Shown here: positions 42,808-53,413 of the stretch, in pieces | Position numbering within the stretch: the first letter of the stretch is position 1 | Layout: every line of letters begins with the position of its first letter | NCBI GenBank assembly: GCA_963716395.1 | Contig: OY970309.1 | Coordinates: forward strand, 416,001 to 480,000 | Length of the DNA: 64,000 nt | From: an uncultured Fibrobacteria bacterium | Lineage (GTDB): Bacteria > Fibrobacterota > Fibrobacteria > UBA11236 | Direction of reading: 5' to 3' | Translations under genes and position numbers: made by a program | The notes under the pieces: model-generated | Seen by the model: the letters and a program-made list of their open reading frames with translations, nothing else | What the model was told of the DNA's origin: nothing | The model's database searches: none

Positions 42808-43695
42808 ATGCTCCCGAATCTAATCGTTATCGGTGCGCAAAAGTCCGCATCTACATTTATTCAGGATTGCTTGGCTGAGCACCCCGATGTATATATGCTT
42901 AACGGTGAAACTCCGGCCTTTGAATCTCCGGACTACGAAGCGGGGGCACTCAATGCTTTGGAAAAAGCTTTTGAAGGCAAATCTCAGGCCGTTCTGGCTA
43001 TAAAAAGGCCCTGCTACGTTGGGAAAAACGAAGTCCCGCAAAGAATCTTTGAACATCTTCCCCACGCCAAACTCCTGGCGATATTACGCGACCCCGTAGA
43101 CCGAGCCGTGTCGGCCTACTATCATAACATCAAATACGGATTTATTCCGAATATCGATATTGAAATCGGGATGCGCAAGATTCTTCTTGGAGAATACCAA
43201 AAAAAATATCCCAGATCATCCGAAATCATTGAATTCGGTTTTTATTATAAACATCTTAATCATTATCGACATTTTTTTGAGCGAAATCAGCTTTGCATAC
43301 TTTTCCACAAAGACATATTAGGTGATAGATTGGGCAACGTTAGAAAGGTTTATGAATACTTAGGAATCGATAGCCAGTTCATCCCCTCCGCCCTTAAAAC
43401 CCATCCGAATGATGCGGTTTATCAACCGGCACGCCTTGCGTTTTTACGACTCCAAAACCCGATTTTATACCGATACAGCGCCGATAGAATGCGGTTATTT
43501 TCCAAGCGACATAACCCATTGGGCAAAATGCTTGGGAAAGCGATTTCATCTTTTGATCGACGAATTTTGTCGAATTTGTTAGGAAATCAGAGACCCGAAA
43601 TTAGTCAATCGCTTAAATTAGAATTATACAGCGTATATAATGAAGACATTAGCAACCTCGAAAAATTAATCAACAGGAAATTATTTTGGTGTTAA
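42808..43695 (+). CDS. Sulfotransferase (PAPS-dependent)
   Basis: PNLIVIGAQKSAST (5'-PSB loop) and ILRDPVDRAVSAY (3'-PB motif). Confidence 0.88.
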   Translation: MLPNLIVIGAQKSASTFIQDCLAEHPDVYMLNGETPAFESPDYEAGALNALEKAFEGKSQAVLAIKRPCYVGKNEVPQRIFEHLPHAKLLAILRDPVDRAVSAYYHNIKYGFIPNIDIEIGMRKILLGEYQKKYPRSSEIIEFGFYYKHLNHYRHFFERNQLCILFHKDILGDRLGNVRKVYEYLGIDSQFIPSALKTHPNDAVYQPARLAFLRLQNPILYRYSADRMRLFSKRHNPLGKMLGKAISSFDRRILSNLLGNQRPEISQSLKLELYSVYNEDISNLEKLINRKLFWC

Positions 43696-43772
43696 AACTC
43701 ATACTCTAACGAAAGTAAACCGAAGTATTGTAACATATTAATTACAGTTTTAGTCGAGTTTAGACTTAGTAT

Positions 43773-46094
43773 TTATCCCTTCTTAATCGCCTGAATACTC
43801 AATATCAACGCCACCACGATGCCCACCGTCCCCAGAATCGCATTGATCCCCGCAAACCAATCAATCTGCTTCGGCTCGGGTCCCTGCGGCACATAAATTA
43901 CGCTGCCCGCATCGGGTTTGCGGTTGAAAATCCCCTCGGTCGAAGTTTCGCCATTTGCATATTGCACTACCACGCGATCTTTTTCGCTGCGCCGGGTAAA
44001 GCCGCCGGCCTTATCGATGTAATACCCGACCGAGGCCCCTTCTCTGTACAAAACGCTGGTTTCAAAACCCACTTCGCCGATCACTTTCACGGTATTCGAA
44101 CGCTCGGGAATGAACAGGCTGTCACCGCCCATCAAGGTGATGTTCTGTTTGCTGTCGCGATGCCGAACGGCTTCTTCCACGTCGATGCCGACGCGGCCCA
44201 CGCTGTCTTTATGCCGGAAAAACCGCGCGCCTTCCACATAGGCGTCGGGCTTGAATCCACCCGCGCGTTCGATGACGCTGGCCAATTTCTCGTCGGGATG
44301 CAACAAAGCATAATCTCCGGGATGCAAAAAGAGCCCGTTCAGCGTCACGACTTCTTTGCGGTACCAGCGAGGATCCACGGGAATCTGAACCACGTCGTAA
44401 GGCTGCAATTCGATGTTTTCCGGACTTTTATCCAACCCTGGCTGCATGGAAACGTCGATTTGTTTCACCCGGCGCTCGTGGGAGTCACCGCGGAACACCA
44501 GGGCTTTTCCGGCTTCGTGTTCCGGTAAAAATCCGCCGGCTTCCATCACCAGATCTTTGACCGTCATTCCCTGGCGGAATTCGAATTTGCCCGGGTGAAA
44601 GACGGCGCCGGCGATTTGCACGCTGTCGGGCAAATACATGTCTTTGACGCTGTAGAGGATGACTTCGTCTTTGGGTTTTAAAACGATGGAATCCGGGCTG
44701 GTTTTATCGGCTGAGTAGGCGAAAAGTTCGCTGGAGCCGTCGGGATGAAAGCGCACCACGTGGATACGGCCGAGAAAGGCGTCTTCGCGCAGGCCGCCGG
44801 CTTTTTGAATCAACACTTGAACCGAGGTGATATCATCGGATTCATAGGTGCCCGGGTATTTAACCGGCCCGGAAATGGTGTAAAAGTCATGCGTTGGTTC
44901 GGTGGATTTGTCGACCAACAATTTGTCGCCGTCATGCAATTCGAATTCGGCCTTGCCCGACAAAAAATCTTGCGGCGGCGGCAGATTTATATAGTCGACG
45001 CGACCGTCGGGAAAAATACGCTGCAAGGTCATGGTTTGTCGGGCCGCCGTGGGATTGAGTCCCCCGGCATAGGCCAACAAATCCTTGATGCCTTCGCCTT
45101 TTTTCATTTCATAGGTGGCCGGGCGGCCCACGTCACCCGCGATATCGACCAGCAATTGGGCGCGCCCCACAAAAATGACGTCGCCGTCTTGCAAGACATC
45201 GGGCTTGGGAATTTCGCCGCGCATCAGGTAATCATAGAGATCCAACTTGTATTGTTTGCCACTGCGATTCAGAATGATGTTACGCACCGTGCCGATGTCG
45301 GTCGGGCCTTGGGCGTAATACATCACCGACAAAACGCTGGTGTGCCCGGTGAAGACATACCCCCCCGGCACCTTGACGTCGCCCAATACGAAAATCTTTT
45401 TGGGGCCGGGCTGCCCCACGGTCAAACTGATGTTCATGGTGCCGCGCTTGATGCCGGAGTAAATGCGCGACAACCTTTCCCGCAATTCTTTTTCGGCTTG
45501 ATCCACGGTCATTCCTGAGATGGGAACAATCCCCACCCCTTCCAGAAAAACGGCGCCCTGAGAGTCCAAGACCAGGTTGTATTCTTTTTCTTTGTCGCCC
45601 CACATGAAAAGCGTAACGGCATCTCCGGGCCCGAGTACGTAATCGCGACCCACCGCACCGACGGCATTGGCGAAGGCGCTGCGATTCACCGATTGGAAAA
45701 TCCGTTGTTCGTATCGCTTGGGTGGGGGTTTATGCACCAAACGACGACGCCCGGTAGAGTCTACGATCAAGGTATCGGTGTCGTTGGCCAAACCAAAAGT
45801 CGAGGTGTCGGATTGCTGCGGGCCTGATAACAATGAATCCAACATCAAATTTTGGGTTCGGGCCGCCGGAGAAAAAGAGTTGGCGGTACCCTGGGCTTTG
45901 GCCGCTTGACGGGCTTGCAGCACTGAATCTACGACGGTTGGGCTCATCCCCGAAAGATCCGCGCCCGACATCGACTGCGCTTGCATTTGCTGGGCCTGTG
46001 CCACCTTGTCTTCCAGGCTTTGGCCCCAGGCCGGGTGTAAACAAAACCAGGCTGCGGCGACGGGTCCGAAAACCTTGGCAAATGCCCTTGACAT
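43773..46094 (-). CDS. Polysaccharide export protein with multiple SLBB domains (Wza/KpsD-like)
   Basis: Signal peptide, DYVLGPGD Poly_export motif, repeated G.V..PG.Y...AGG units, C-terminal helix. Confidence 0.9.
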   Translation of the reverse strand: MSRAFAKVFGPVAAAWFCLHPAWGQSLEDKVAQAQQMQAQSMSGADLSGMSPTVVDSVLQARQAAKAQGTANSFSPAARTQNLMLDSLLSGPQQSDTSTFGLANDTDTLIVDSTGRRRLVHKPPPKRYEQRIFQSVNRSAFANAVGAVGRDYVLGPGDAVTLFMWGDKEKEYNLVLDSQGAVFLEGVGIVPISGMTVDQAEKELRERLSRIYSGIKRGTMNISLTVGQPGPKKIFVLGDVKVPGGYVFTGHTSVLSVMYYAQGPTDIGTVRNIILNRSGKQYKLDLYDYLMRGEIPKPDVLQDGDVIFVGRAQLLVDIAGDVGRPATYEMKKGEGIKDLLAYAGGLNPTAARQTMTLQRIFPDGRVDYINLPPPQDFLSGKAEFELHDGDKLLVDKSTEPTHDFYTISGPVKYPGTYESDDITSVQVLIQKAGGLREDAFLGRIHVVRFHPDGSSELFAYSADKTSPDSIVLKPKDEVILYSVKDMYLPDSVQIAGAVFHPGKFEFRQGMTVKDLVMEAGGFLPEHEAGKALVFRGDSHERRVKQIDVSMQPGLDKSPENIELQPYDVVQIPVDPRWYRKEVVTLNGLFLHPGDYALLHPDEKLASVIERAGGFKPDAYVEGARFFRHKDSVGRVGIDVEEAVRHRDSKQNITLMGGDSLFIPERSNTVKVIGEVGFETSVLYREGASVGYYIDKAGGFTRRSEKDRVVVQYANGETSTEGIFNRKPDAGSVIYVPQGPEPKQIDWFAGINAILGTVGIVVALILSIQAIKKG

Positions 46095-46172
46095 CGGCGG
46101 AATAATAGGAAAAACGCAGAATTTTACCCAATTTTTTCCGCCCTTAGGTCTTGGCGGCTAATTTTCCGAACG

Positions 46173-49031
46173 ATGAATGAGGTCGCGGCGGCTTTGACCC
46201 AAAAGCTCGAAGGCGAAGTCAAATTCGACGCCTTCACCCGTAAAATCTACAGCGTCGACGCCTCCCTGTATCAAATCGATCCGCTGGGGGTGGTGCTCCC
46301 CAAAACCAAGCAGGATTTGTTTGCCACCGTGCGCTTGGCCAAGGAGTTCGGCGTGGCCATCATTCCCCGCGGAGCCGCGACCGGGATCACGGGCGGTTGC
46401 CTGGGTGCGGGCATTGTGGTCGACACCTCCAAATATTTAAACCGCATTCTCGACATCAATTATGAAGAAGGCTTCGCCATTTGCGAACCCGGCGTCATCC
46501 AGGATCAACTGAACCGCGCGTTGGCGCCCGCGGGCTTTTGCCTGGGCCCCGACACCTCGACCGGCGATCGCGCCACTATGGGCGGCATGGTGGGCAACAA
46601 CGCCACGGGCGCGCATTCGCTGCGTTACGGCAAAATGGTCGACAACGTGCTCGGCCTGGAAATGGCCCTGGCCCAAGACGAAGTGCTGGAATGCGGCGAA
46701 CTGTCGCCTGAAGCCTGGGAACAAAAAGCGAAGCGCCCGGATGGCGAAGGCCGGATTTACCGCGCCGTGGATCGGATTGTAAAAGTCAACGCGAACGAAA
46801 TCGAAAAGCGTTTTCCCAAAATCCAACGGCGCGTATCGGGTTTCAACCTCGACGAGTTCATCCGGCCCGGCTCCCGGAATTTATCCAAGCTGATCGTGGG
46901 TTCCGAAGGTGCGCTGGGCCTGGTGAGCGAAATCAAGGTGCGCATCGCTCCCAAGCCACGGCATGTGGGTTTGGTGGCCGTGCTCTGCGCCGACCTCATC
47001 GACGGGCTGCGCGGTGTGCCGGCCCTGCTGAAATCGCTTCCGTTTTCTCTGGAGCTCATCGACGCACATATCATCGCCCTAGCCCGCCAGGCGCCGAGTA
47101 TGCGCGGCAAGTTGGGTTGGCTTGAAGGCAACCCCGGCGTGCTGCTGGTGGCCGAATTCGACGGCCGCACCGAATCGGAATTGGCGGGAAAACTGGATGG
47201 CTTCGAAACCTTGGTGCGCCGGGAACATCTGGGTTACGCCACCTTGCGGGTTACGGACCCGGCCGAGCAAAAAAAAGTGTGGGACTTGCGCAAGGCCGGG
47301 CTCGGACTATTGCTGTCGCGCCGTACCCCCGAACGCGCCGTGGCTTTTCTCGAAGACACGGCCGTGGGACCGGAGCGGTTGGCCGATTTCATGCGCGAGT
47401 TCCGCGATCTCATTGGCCGTCACGGCAAAGAGGCCGGATTTTACGGACATGCGGGCGTGGGCTGCCTGCACGTGCGGCCCATGATCGATCTGAAGAAAGC
47501 GTCGGATCGCCGCCTTATGGCGGCCATGATGGAAGAAGTCGCCGACCTGTTGCAACGCTACGGCGGCGCCTTGAGCGGCGAACACGGCGACGGATTGACG
47601 CGCTCATGGCTGAACGAACGCATGTTCGGCTCGCAATTGTACCAGGCCTTCACCGACATCAAGCGCGCCTTTGACCCCGAAGGGCGGATGAATCCCGGCA
47701 AGGTGATCGCCAACCAAGGTCCGTTGGAAAATCTGCGCCGACAACCGGAAATTCCGGCCTTTTCGCCCGCCACCCAATTCCGCTGGGAGCGCGAAGGCGG
47801 CTTTCCCTTCGCAGTGGAAATGTGCAACGGCAACAGCGCCTGCCGCAAACCGGTGGAGGGCTTGATGTGTCCGTCGTTTCAGGCTTACGGCGACGAACGC
47901 CATTCGACCCGCGCGCGCGCGCAAAGCCTGCAAGCCGTGTTGAGCGGGAACTTACCGGCCGGGCAATTCACCGGCCGCGAATTGTACGACGTGCTGGATC
48001 TTTGCCTGGAATGCAAGGGTTGCAAAACCGAATGCCCTTCGCAAGTCGATATGGCCAAAATGAAGTCAGAATTCTTGTACCACTATCAGGAAAAGAACGG
48101 CTACCCGTTACGCTCGCGCTTGTTCGCCCATCTCGACACCTTGAGCCGCGGGGGATCCCTGACCGCGCCTTTTTCCAATTGGGTGGCATCTTCGCTTCCC
48201 CTGCGCTGGGCGTTGGGCCGCATCGGCATCACACCGCAGCGAACCTTGCCCGCCTATGCGCGCCGGCGGTTTTCTTCCCGGCCGCCGCAAGCCGCCGGGT
48301 CCGGGGCGCTCGGAACCGTGGTGCTGTTCAATGACACCTATATGGAGCACCATGTCCCGCAATTGGGTTGGGATGCCGTGGTCGTGCTGGAGGGCTTGGG
48401 CTACCGCGTCATCGTGCCGCCGCGCGCCTGCTGCGGAAGGCCCGCCATTTCCAAGGGCTTTCTCACCTTGGCCAAACATAAGGCGCGAGCGGTCATAACG
48501 CACCTTCATCCCTGGGCGCGGCAGGGAATTCCCATTGTGGGAATCGAGCCCAGTTGCATTCTGACCCTTAAAGACGACTATCCCGATTTGGTTCCGGGCG
48601 CCGATACCGATGCCGTGGCTGCGCACTGTCAGACCCTCGAGGCTTTTCTGCGCGACGGCCTGCGCGCCGGTAAATTCCAGTTGCCGGCTTCGTCCACGCC
48701 ACGCGCCTTGCGCGTGCACAGCCATTGCTATCAAAAGGCCCTGGGTGAAGCCGGCTGCGCCACCGAAGTGCTGAATGCCGTGCCCGGCTTTGCAGCTGCA
48801 GAAATCGATTCGGGCTGCTGCGGCATGGCCGGTTCTTTCGGCTATGAAAGCGAGCATTTTGAATTTTCGCGGCAAGTGGGGGAAACACGCCTGTTTCCCG
48901 CCTTGCGCGCCGGGTCGGCCGATACCGTGGCGGCGGGGTTTTCGTGCCGGGCGCAAATCGCAGGCGCAGGTTTCCACGCGCGCCATCTGGTTGAATTCCT
49001 GGCCGAAGTGATGCGCGGGGCGAAAGGTTAG
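46173..49031 (+). CDS. FAD-binding / Fe-S-containing D-2-hydroxyacid dehydrogenase-like oxidoreductase
   Basis: YSVDASLY, GSEG, GHAGVGCLHVRP, SGEHGDG, CNGNSAC, CLECKGCKTECP, CCG domains. Confidence 0.9.
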   Translation: MNEVAAALTQKLEGEVKFDAFTRKIYSVDASLYQIDPLGVVLPKTKQDLFATVRLAKEFGVAIIPRGAATGITGGCLGAGIVVDTSKYLNRILDINYEEGFAICEPGVIQDQLNRALAPAGFCLGPDTSTGDRATMGGMVGNNATGAHSLRYGKMVDNVLGLEMALAQDEVLECGELSPEAWEQKAKRPDGEGRIYRAVDRIVKVNANEIEKRFPKIQRRVSGFNLDEFIRPGSRNLSKLIVGSEGALGLVSEIKVRIAPKPRHVGLVAVLCADLIDGLRGVPALLKSLPFSLELIDAHIIALARQAPSMRGKLGWLEGNPGVLLVAEFDGRTESELAGKLDGFETLVRREHLGYATLRVTDPAEQKKVWDLRKAGLGLLLSRRTPERAVAFLEDTAVGPERLADFMREFRDLIGRHGKEAGFYGHAGVGCLHVRPMIDLKKASDRRLMAAMMEEVADLLQRYGGALSGEHGDGLTRSWLNERMFGSQLYQAFTDIKRAFDPEGRMNPGKVIANQGPLENLRRQPEIPAFSPATQFRWEREGGFPFAVEMCNGNSACRKPVEGLMCPSFQAYGDERHSTRARAQSLQAVLSGNLPAGQFTGRELYDVLDLCLECKGCKTECPSQVDMAKMKSEFLYHYQEKNGYPLRSRLFAHLDTLSRGGSLTAPFSNWVASSLPLRWALGRIGITPQRTLPAYARRRFSSRPPQAAGSGALGTVVLFNDTYMEHHVPQLGWDAVVVLEGLGYRVIVPPRACCGRPAISKGFLTLAKHKARAVITHLHPWARQGIPIVGIEPSCILTLKDDYPDLVPGADTDAVAAHCQTLEAFLRDGLRAGKFQLPASSTPRALRVHSHCYQKALGEAGCATEVLNAVPGFAAAEIDSGCCGMAGSFGYESEHFEFSRQVGETRLFPALRAGSADTVAAGFSCRAQIAGAGFHARHLVEFLAEVMRGAKG

Positions 49032-49063
49032 GACTTTTGCGCAAGTCCTTTGAGCCCCGCGGG

Positions 49064-49212
49064 CGGTTCGACCGGTTCGACAGGCTCAGCGGCCGAGGAG
49101 GTTCGGCTTGTGTCCTTCGACCGGTGCAAGAGGCTCACCGGCCGCGGGGGTCGGGACTTGAGTGGCGATAGCCGCGGTTTCAGCGAAGGGTGAGCCTGTC
49201 GAAGCCTTCGCG
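49064..49212. repeat. REP-like palindromic repeat cluster (TTCGACAGGCTCA / TGAGCCTGTCGAA core)
   Basis: TTCGACAGGCTCAGC at ~49076, a variant at ~49116-49139 and an inverted GGTGAGCCTGTCGAA at ~49189, between convergent genes. Confidence 0.75.
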
Positions 49213-49240
49213 GGAGAACCCAACGTCATAAGAAGGAGCT

Positions 49241-50176
49241 TTAAAGTCGTACGCCCCCGGAAAGAAAATCGGCGTAAGCCAAACGCACGCCTTCTTCGAG
49301 CGAAATCTTGGAGCGCCAACCCAGGGCATGCAGTTTGGACACGTCCAATAATTTTCGCGGGGTGCCGTCGGGCTTGGAGTGGTCGAACACCAAGTCGCCC
49401 GGGAACCCCACCGCTTTTTTGACCATCTCGGCCAAGGCGCGAATGGTGACCTCTTGCCCGCTGCCCACGTTCACGGTGGCGTCGTCGTTGTACTCGTTCA
49501 TCAGATAAACGCAGGCGTCGGCCAAATCATCGACGTACAGAAACTCGCGTTTGGGCGAACCCGTGCCCCATACCGTGAAGCTCTGCTGCTGGTTGACCTT
49601 GGCTTCATGCACCTTGCGGATCAAGGCGGGCAGCACGTGGGCGTTCATGAGATCGTAATTGTCATTGGGACCATAAAGATTGGTGGGCATGCACGAGATG
49701 AAACGCGTGTGGTACTGCCGGTTATAGGCCTGGCACATGCGGATGCCCGCGATTTTCGCCAAGGCATAGGGCTCATTGGTGGGCTCCAGCGGCCCGGTCA
49801 AAAGACACTCCTCGGTCATGGGCTGCGGCGCCATTTTCGGATAAATGCACGAACTGCCCAGGAATAAAAGCTTCTTCACGTGGAAGGCATAGGCCGAGTG
49901 GATGATATTGGTTTGAATGCACAGATTGCTGTAGATGAAATCCGCCGGATAGGTGTTGTTGGCATAAATTCCGCCCACCTTGGCCGCAGCCAAGAACACG
50001 TATTGGGGCCTTTCTTTCTGGAAGAAATCGAAAACCGCCTGCTGATGGGTGAGATCCAATTCCTGCGAAGAATGCCCTAGGATTTGGGTGAAGCCGTTTT
50101 CTTTCAACTTGCGCACGATGGCCGATCCGACCATGCCGTAAAGTCCGGCCACATAGATTTTCGCGGATTTTTCCAT
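49241..50176 (-). CDS. fcl: GDP-L-fucose synthase
   Basis: [73 protein letters not shown]. Confidence 0.96.
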   Translation of the reverse strand: MEKSAKIYVAGLYGMVGSAIVRKLKENGFTQILGHSSQELDLTHQQAVFDFFQKERPQYVFLAAAKVGGIYANNTYPADFIYSNLCIQTNIIHSAYAFHVKKLLFLGSSCIYPKMAPQPMTEECLLTGPLEPTNEPYALAKIAGIRMCQAYNRQYHTRFISCMPTNLYGPNDNYDLMNAHVLPALIRKVHEAKVNQQQSFTVWGTGSPKREFLYVDDLADACVYLMNEYNDDATVNVGSGQEVTIRALAEMVKKAVGFPGDLVFDHSKPDGTPRKLLDVSKLHALGWRSKISLEEGVRLAYADFLSGGVRL

Positions 50177-50217
50177 GCCTCACCTTTATGTTGAATATTA
50201 AGCTCTACAAAAATATC

Positions 50218-51903
50218 TCATTTCTCCTCCGCCGGCGGCGAGGCTGAAGCGAAGGTCCACGAAACCCCCAGTTCGGCTTGCGCATAGTAGTCCTCTTCGC
50301 GCGGCACGCGCGCCGGATAAAGCACCGTTTGCCATTCCAGGCCCGCATGCAAGGCGATGCCGTGCGGCAACCGGCGGTTGCCTTCCAAAATCGCGCGCCA
50401 CGCTTCGGTCTGATTCGCGGAAGTGTTGGCCGTACCGGCGTAAAGATCCACGTAGGGCGTTTGCAGATTCGAGCCGTCCTGGGTCAGGTATTCCAGCCGC
50501 AACACGGCATCGCCCTGCGCGCTCATCAGGCGGGCGGCATAGCGGTAGTCGAGACAGCCGCCGCCGCGCGCATAGCCCAGGGGGTAATCGATCACGTATT
50601 TGTCTACGAAGGGATTGGCGCCCGAGTCTTGGTTGTTGCTGGTGAGCACGGTGCGCGCATACAAAGTATTGTACGGCTGCTGAATGTGGTACACCAGCGG
50701 ATCGGTTTGGATCAGGTGAAAAGTCTGAAGTACGACGAAGTCGCGGCGCGACCAGGCATGCTCAAGACCGACCATCAACCCGGACACGTTTTTCGCCTCG
50801 GGTTCGGTGGGCGCGTAATGCACTCCGCAGGAAAGAAACTCTCCCAACACCGCGAATCCATAGGGCAGCCGCAGCTTGGCGTCGGCTGACACGGCGGTGT
50901 TGTCGTAACCGTCTTTGAATTGGTTGTGATACACGGCGAACGGATCGAAGTCGCGGAAATCGGGGACCTTGCCGCCGATGATGCACAGTTCGGTGAGCCC
51001 GACCGACCAGGGGCCCCAGGGTAATTCCAGGCGATGGGCGATCAGGGTTTTGATGCGGTCGTCGTAGACGATGAGATGCGCGTTCGGTTCGTCGATTCCG
51101 GGGTAATTCACTTGTTGCCATTCTTCCGATCCCACGGGGTAATTCGTGTTGGAGGTGTCTCCGCCGGGGTAACCTTGCAGCCACGGGTTCAGGCTGGAGA
51201 CGAGCAGATGGTAGCGAAGCTTGGCCATTTTCAAGGAGAACAGCGCCCCATCATGATAAGGTACTTCGCGGCTCAGGGCCAAACCGTATTCGGGCGACGG
51301 CGACCAATGCACCTGAAACTGTCCCACGGTGAAGGCGCCCCAACGGTTTTCGGCATGGAAGTATCCCAGCATGGGTTGGTTGAGATCGACCTCTTTGGCG
51401 GAGTAGGGAATGTTCTCCCCCAGCGGGTCCTGGTCCCAGGCGGAAATGTCGCGGCGCAAACCCCCTTCGAAAAAAAGATGCGCCCACGGGGAAAAATCGT
51501 AGTGGAACTGAAAATCCAGCAGCGGGGGCAATTGGTTCCACGCCTCGCCTTGCTCGGCCGGAACGATTTCGGCAATCCACCCGGTGGAGTCGCCGGGAAA
51601 CGGCGTGGCGAAAGGGCGCGTGCGCCCCAAGGGATAGGCCCCGACGTTCACGGTCATGCGGAAATGCGGCGTGGCTTCGGCCCGGTCGCAGAGAGCCTGC
51701 GCCACCGAGGTATCTGTGCCGTTCTGCGTACTGTCGTCTCCGCATACCGCCCGCACCGTCATGGGCCAAGCGGTGGCCGGATCGCCGCCGGCAATCCAAC
51801 GGGCTTCTTCGATCAAGGCCAAATCCGAATCTGGAAAAACCAAAGCGGCTTCATTGTCGATCGCATGCGCCACGGCAACGGCGGCGAAGAAAAAAATCAG
51901 CAC
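50218..51903 (-). CDS. Second Wzi-like outer-membrane protein (start uncertain)
   Basis: Signal-like VLIFFFAAVAVAHA, GQFQVHWSP...LALS, IAHRLE, YPLGY. The longer ORF-track N-terminus reads through a REP cluster. Confidence 0.5.
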   Translation of the reverse strand: MLIFFFAAVAVAHAIDNEAALVFPDSDLALIEEARWIAGGDPATAWPMTVRAVCGDDSTQNGTDTSVAQALCDRAEATPHFRMTVNVGAYPLGRTRPFATPFPGDSTGWIAEIVPAEQGEAWNQLPPLLDFQFHYDFSPWAHLFFEGGLRRDISAWDQDPLGENIPYSAKEVDLNQPMLGYFHAENRWGAFTVGQFQVHWSPSPEYGLALSREVPYHDGALFSLKMAKLRYHLLVSSLNPWLQGYPGGDTSNTNYPVGSEEWQQVNYPGIDEPNAHLIVYDDRIKTLIAHRLELPWGPWSVGLTELCIIGGKVPDFRDFDPFAVYHNQFKDGYDNTAVSADAKLRLPYGFAVLGEFLSCGVHYAPTEPEAKNVSGLMVGLEHAWSRRDFVVLQTFHLIQTDPLVYHIQQPYNTLYARTVLTSNNQDSGANPFVDKYVIDYPLGYARGGGCLDYRYAARLMSAQGDAVLRLEYLTQDGSNLQTPYVDLYAGTANTSANQTEAWRAILEGNRRLPHGIALHAGLEWQTVLYPARVPREEDYYAQAELGVSWTFASASPPAEEK

Positions 51904-51965
51904 GCGCGAGAGCGAATGCGCAATCCAACTCGAATGCCGCTCCGTCTGCGTCAGACAGAGCGACG

Positions 51966-52103
51966 AGCTTGACTGGTTCGACTGGTTCGACAGGCTCACC
52001 AGCCGAACCTCCTCGGCCGCTGAGCCTCTGGCACTGGTCGAAACGCGCAAGCCAAACCTCTGCGGCCGGTGAGCCTGCCGAATCGGTCGAACCGGCCGAA
52101 TCG
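51966..52103. repeat. Second REP-like cluster, inverted relative to 49064-49212
   Basis: GGTTCGACTGGTTCGACAGGCTCACC...GCTGAGCCT...GGTGAGCCTGCCGAA. 52001-52027 is the exact reverse complement of 49082-49108. Confidence 0.8.
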
Positions 52104-52203
52104 ATGTCCCCATACGTAATGCCGTGAAGTTCGCACCGGCCGCCTCCGACATCAAAGTGTTTCGGTAATCACATGCGTGATTATCGCCAAGACGCCGTTC
52201 ATT

Positions 52204-52527
52204 TCACAGCTTGGGATTGTTTTTGTGCCGCTCCGCGTCGCGCGCGGTTTTCTTGGCTAGGTTCTTCTCCAAAGCCTGGGTCAAATCCACTCCGGTTTGA
52301 TTGGCCAGACAGAGGAGCACGAAGAGCACGTCGGCCATCTCGTCGCCGAGCTCGCGCCCCTCATCCGACTTTTTGAAGCTCTGATCGCCGTAGCTGCGGG
52401 CCAGTAAGCGCGCCAGCTCGCCCACTTCTTCGACCAGCACGGCCAGATTGGTCAACTCGGAAAAGTAACGCACGCCGTAGGTGCGAATCCAGGCGTCGAC
52501 GCGCTGCTGCGCTTCTTCGAGCGTCAT
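52204..52527 (-). CDS. MazG-like nucleotide pyrophosphohydrolase (YpjD family)
   Basis: YFSELTNLAVLVEEVGELAR, DEMADVLFVLLCLANQTG. Confidence 0.9.
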   Translation of the reverse strand: MTLEEAQQRVDAWIRTYGVRYFSELTNLAVLVEEVGELARLLARSYGDQSFKKSDEGRELGDEMADVLFVLLCLANQTGVDLTQALEKNLAKKTARDAERHKNNPKL

Positions 52528-52555
52528 GGGTTAAAAGCTACTTTCCCCATCCTGC

Positions 52556-53413
52556 ATGTTCCGCCGCGACATCCTCAGTTGGTGGCTGCGCCCGGCCTTT
52601 CTGCGGCCTTGGGGTCGGCGACGCGACGTGTTGTTCGCCGGACCCTGGGCGGGCGAATTCGGCTGGGAGTTGATGAGCTGGCAGGGCTTTGTGCGCAAGC
52701 TATCGCGCGCCTACCGCCGCACCGAAGTCTGCTGCCCCGAAGGCCATGAAGCGCTGTACGCCGACTTCGCGCATGCCGTTCACCCGCATCGTTTGCGCGG
52801 CGTGGCCGAATGCAATGCCCTGCACGCAATTCAAAACCCCGAAGAGTTGGCCCGCATCGCCGCGCTGGTTCCGCCGGATTGCGATCACCTGAGGCCTTTG
52901 GGTTATCAACCTTTCGCGCGGCAGGAAATCATCCGCTTCGGCCGCCGCGCCGCCCCACCGTCCATCGATGTGCTGTTTCACGCCCGGGGCCGTGCTTTCG
53001 GCGCGGATCGCAACTGGAGCGCGGCGAATTGGGAAACCTTGCTGCCACGCTTGCAGAGCAAAGGTTATCGCCTGGGCGCGTTGGGATTGCGAAATGCCAC
53101 CTTGTCGCCCGGCGGGGCCTGGAGCGATTTTCGCGATCGGCCCCTTTCCGAAACCCTGGACCTCATCGCTTCGGCGCGCCTGGTCATCGGCCCGTCGTCG
53201 GGCCCCATGCACCTGGCCAGCCTGTGCGGCACGCCGCACGTGGTGTGGACCGATCGCGGGCGATATGCCCGCGGCCATACCAACCGCGACAAATACGAAT
53301 GGTGGTGGAATCCGCTGCGCACCCGGGTTGCAGTGCTGGACGAACAAGGGTTTCAACCTTCACCCGTTGCGGTGGAAACGGCGGTGCTGTCGCTGCTGGA
53401 GAATCCGTTTTGA
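52556..53413 (+). CDS. Divergent GT9-like glycosyltransferase
   Basis: GEFGWEL, RNW, IGPSSGPMHLASLCG. Confidence 0.6.
   Translation: MFRRDILSWWLRPAFLRPWGRRRDVLFAGPWAGEFGWELMSWQGFVRKLSRAYRRTEVCCPEGHEALYADFAHAVHPHRLRGVAECNALHAIQNPEELARIAALVPPDCDHLRPLGYQPFARQEIIRFGRRAAPPSIDVLFHARGRAFGADRNWSAANWETLLPRLQSKGYRLGALGLRNATLSPGGAWSDFRDRPLSETLDLIASARLVIGPSSGPMHLASLCGTPHVVWTDRGRYARGHTNRDKYEWWWNPLRTRVAVLDEQGFQPSPVAVETAVLSLLENPF

Larger units (their letters stand above)
12252..43772. other. AT-rich, mosaic surface-polysaccharide biosynthesis island
   Basis: Abrupt visible drop in GC and change in codon style relative to both flanks, frequent strand switches, almost exclusively glycan-related genes, IS relics in the spacers. 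Confidence 0.8.

Noticed and set aside
49064-49212. Possible CRISPR array (also 51966-52103)
   Set aside because: The units are degenerate palindromes in mixed orientation, without constant-length unique spacers, and no cas genes are present.
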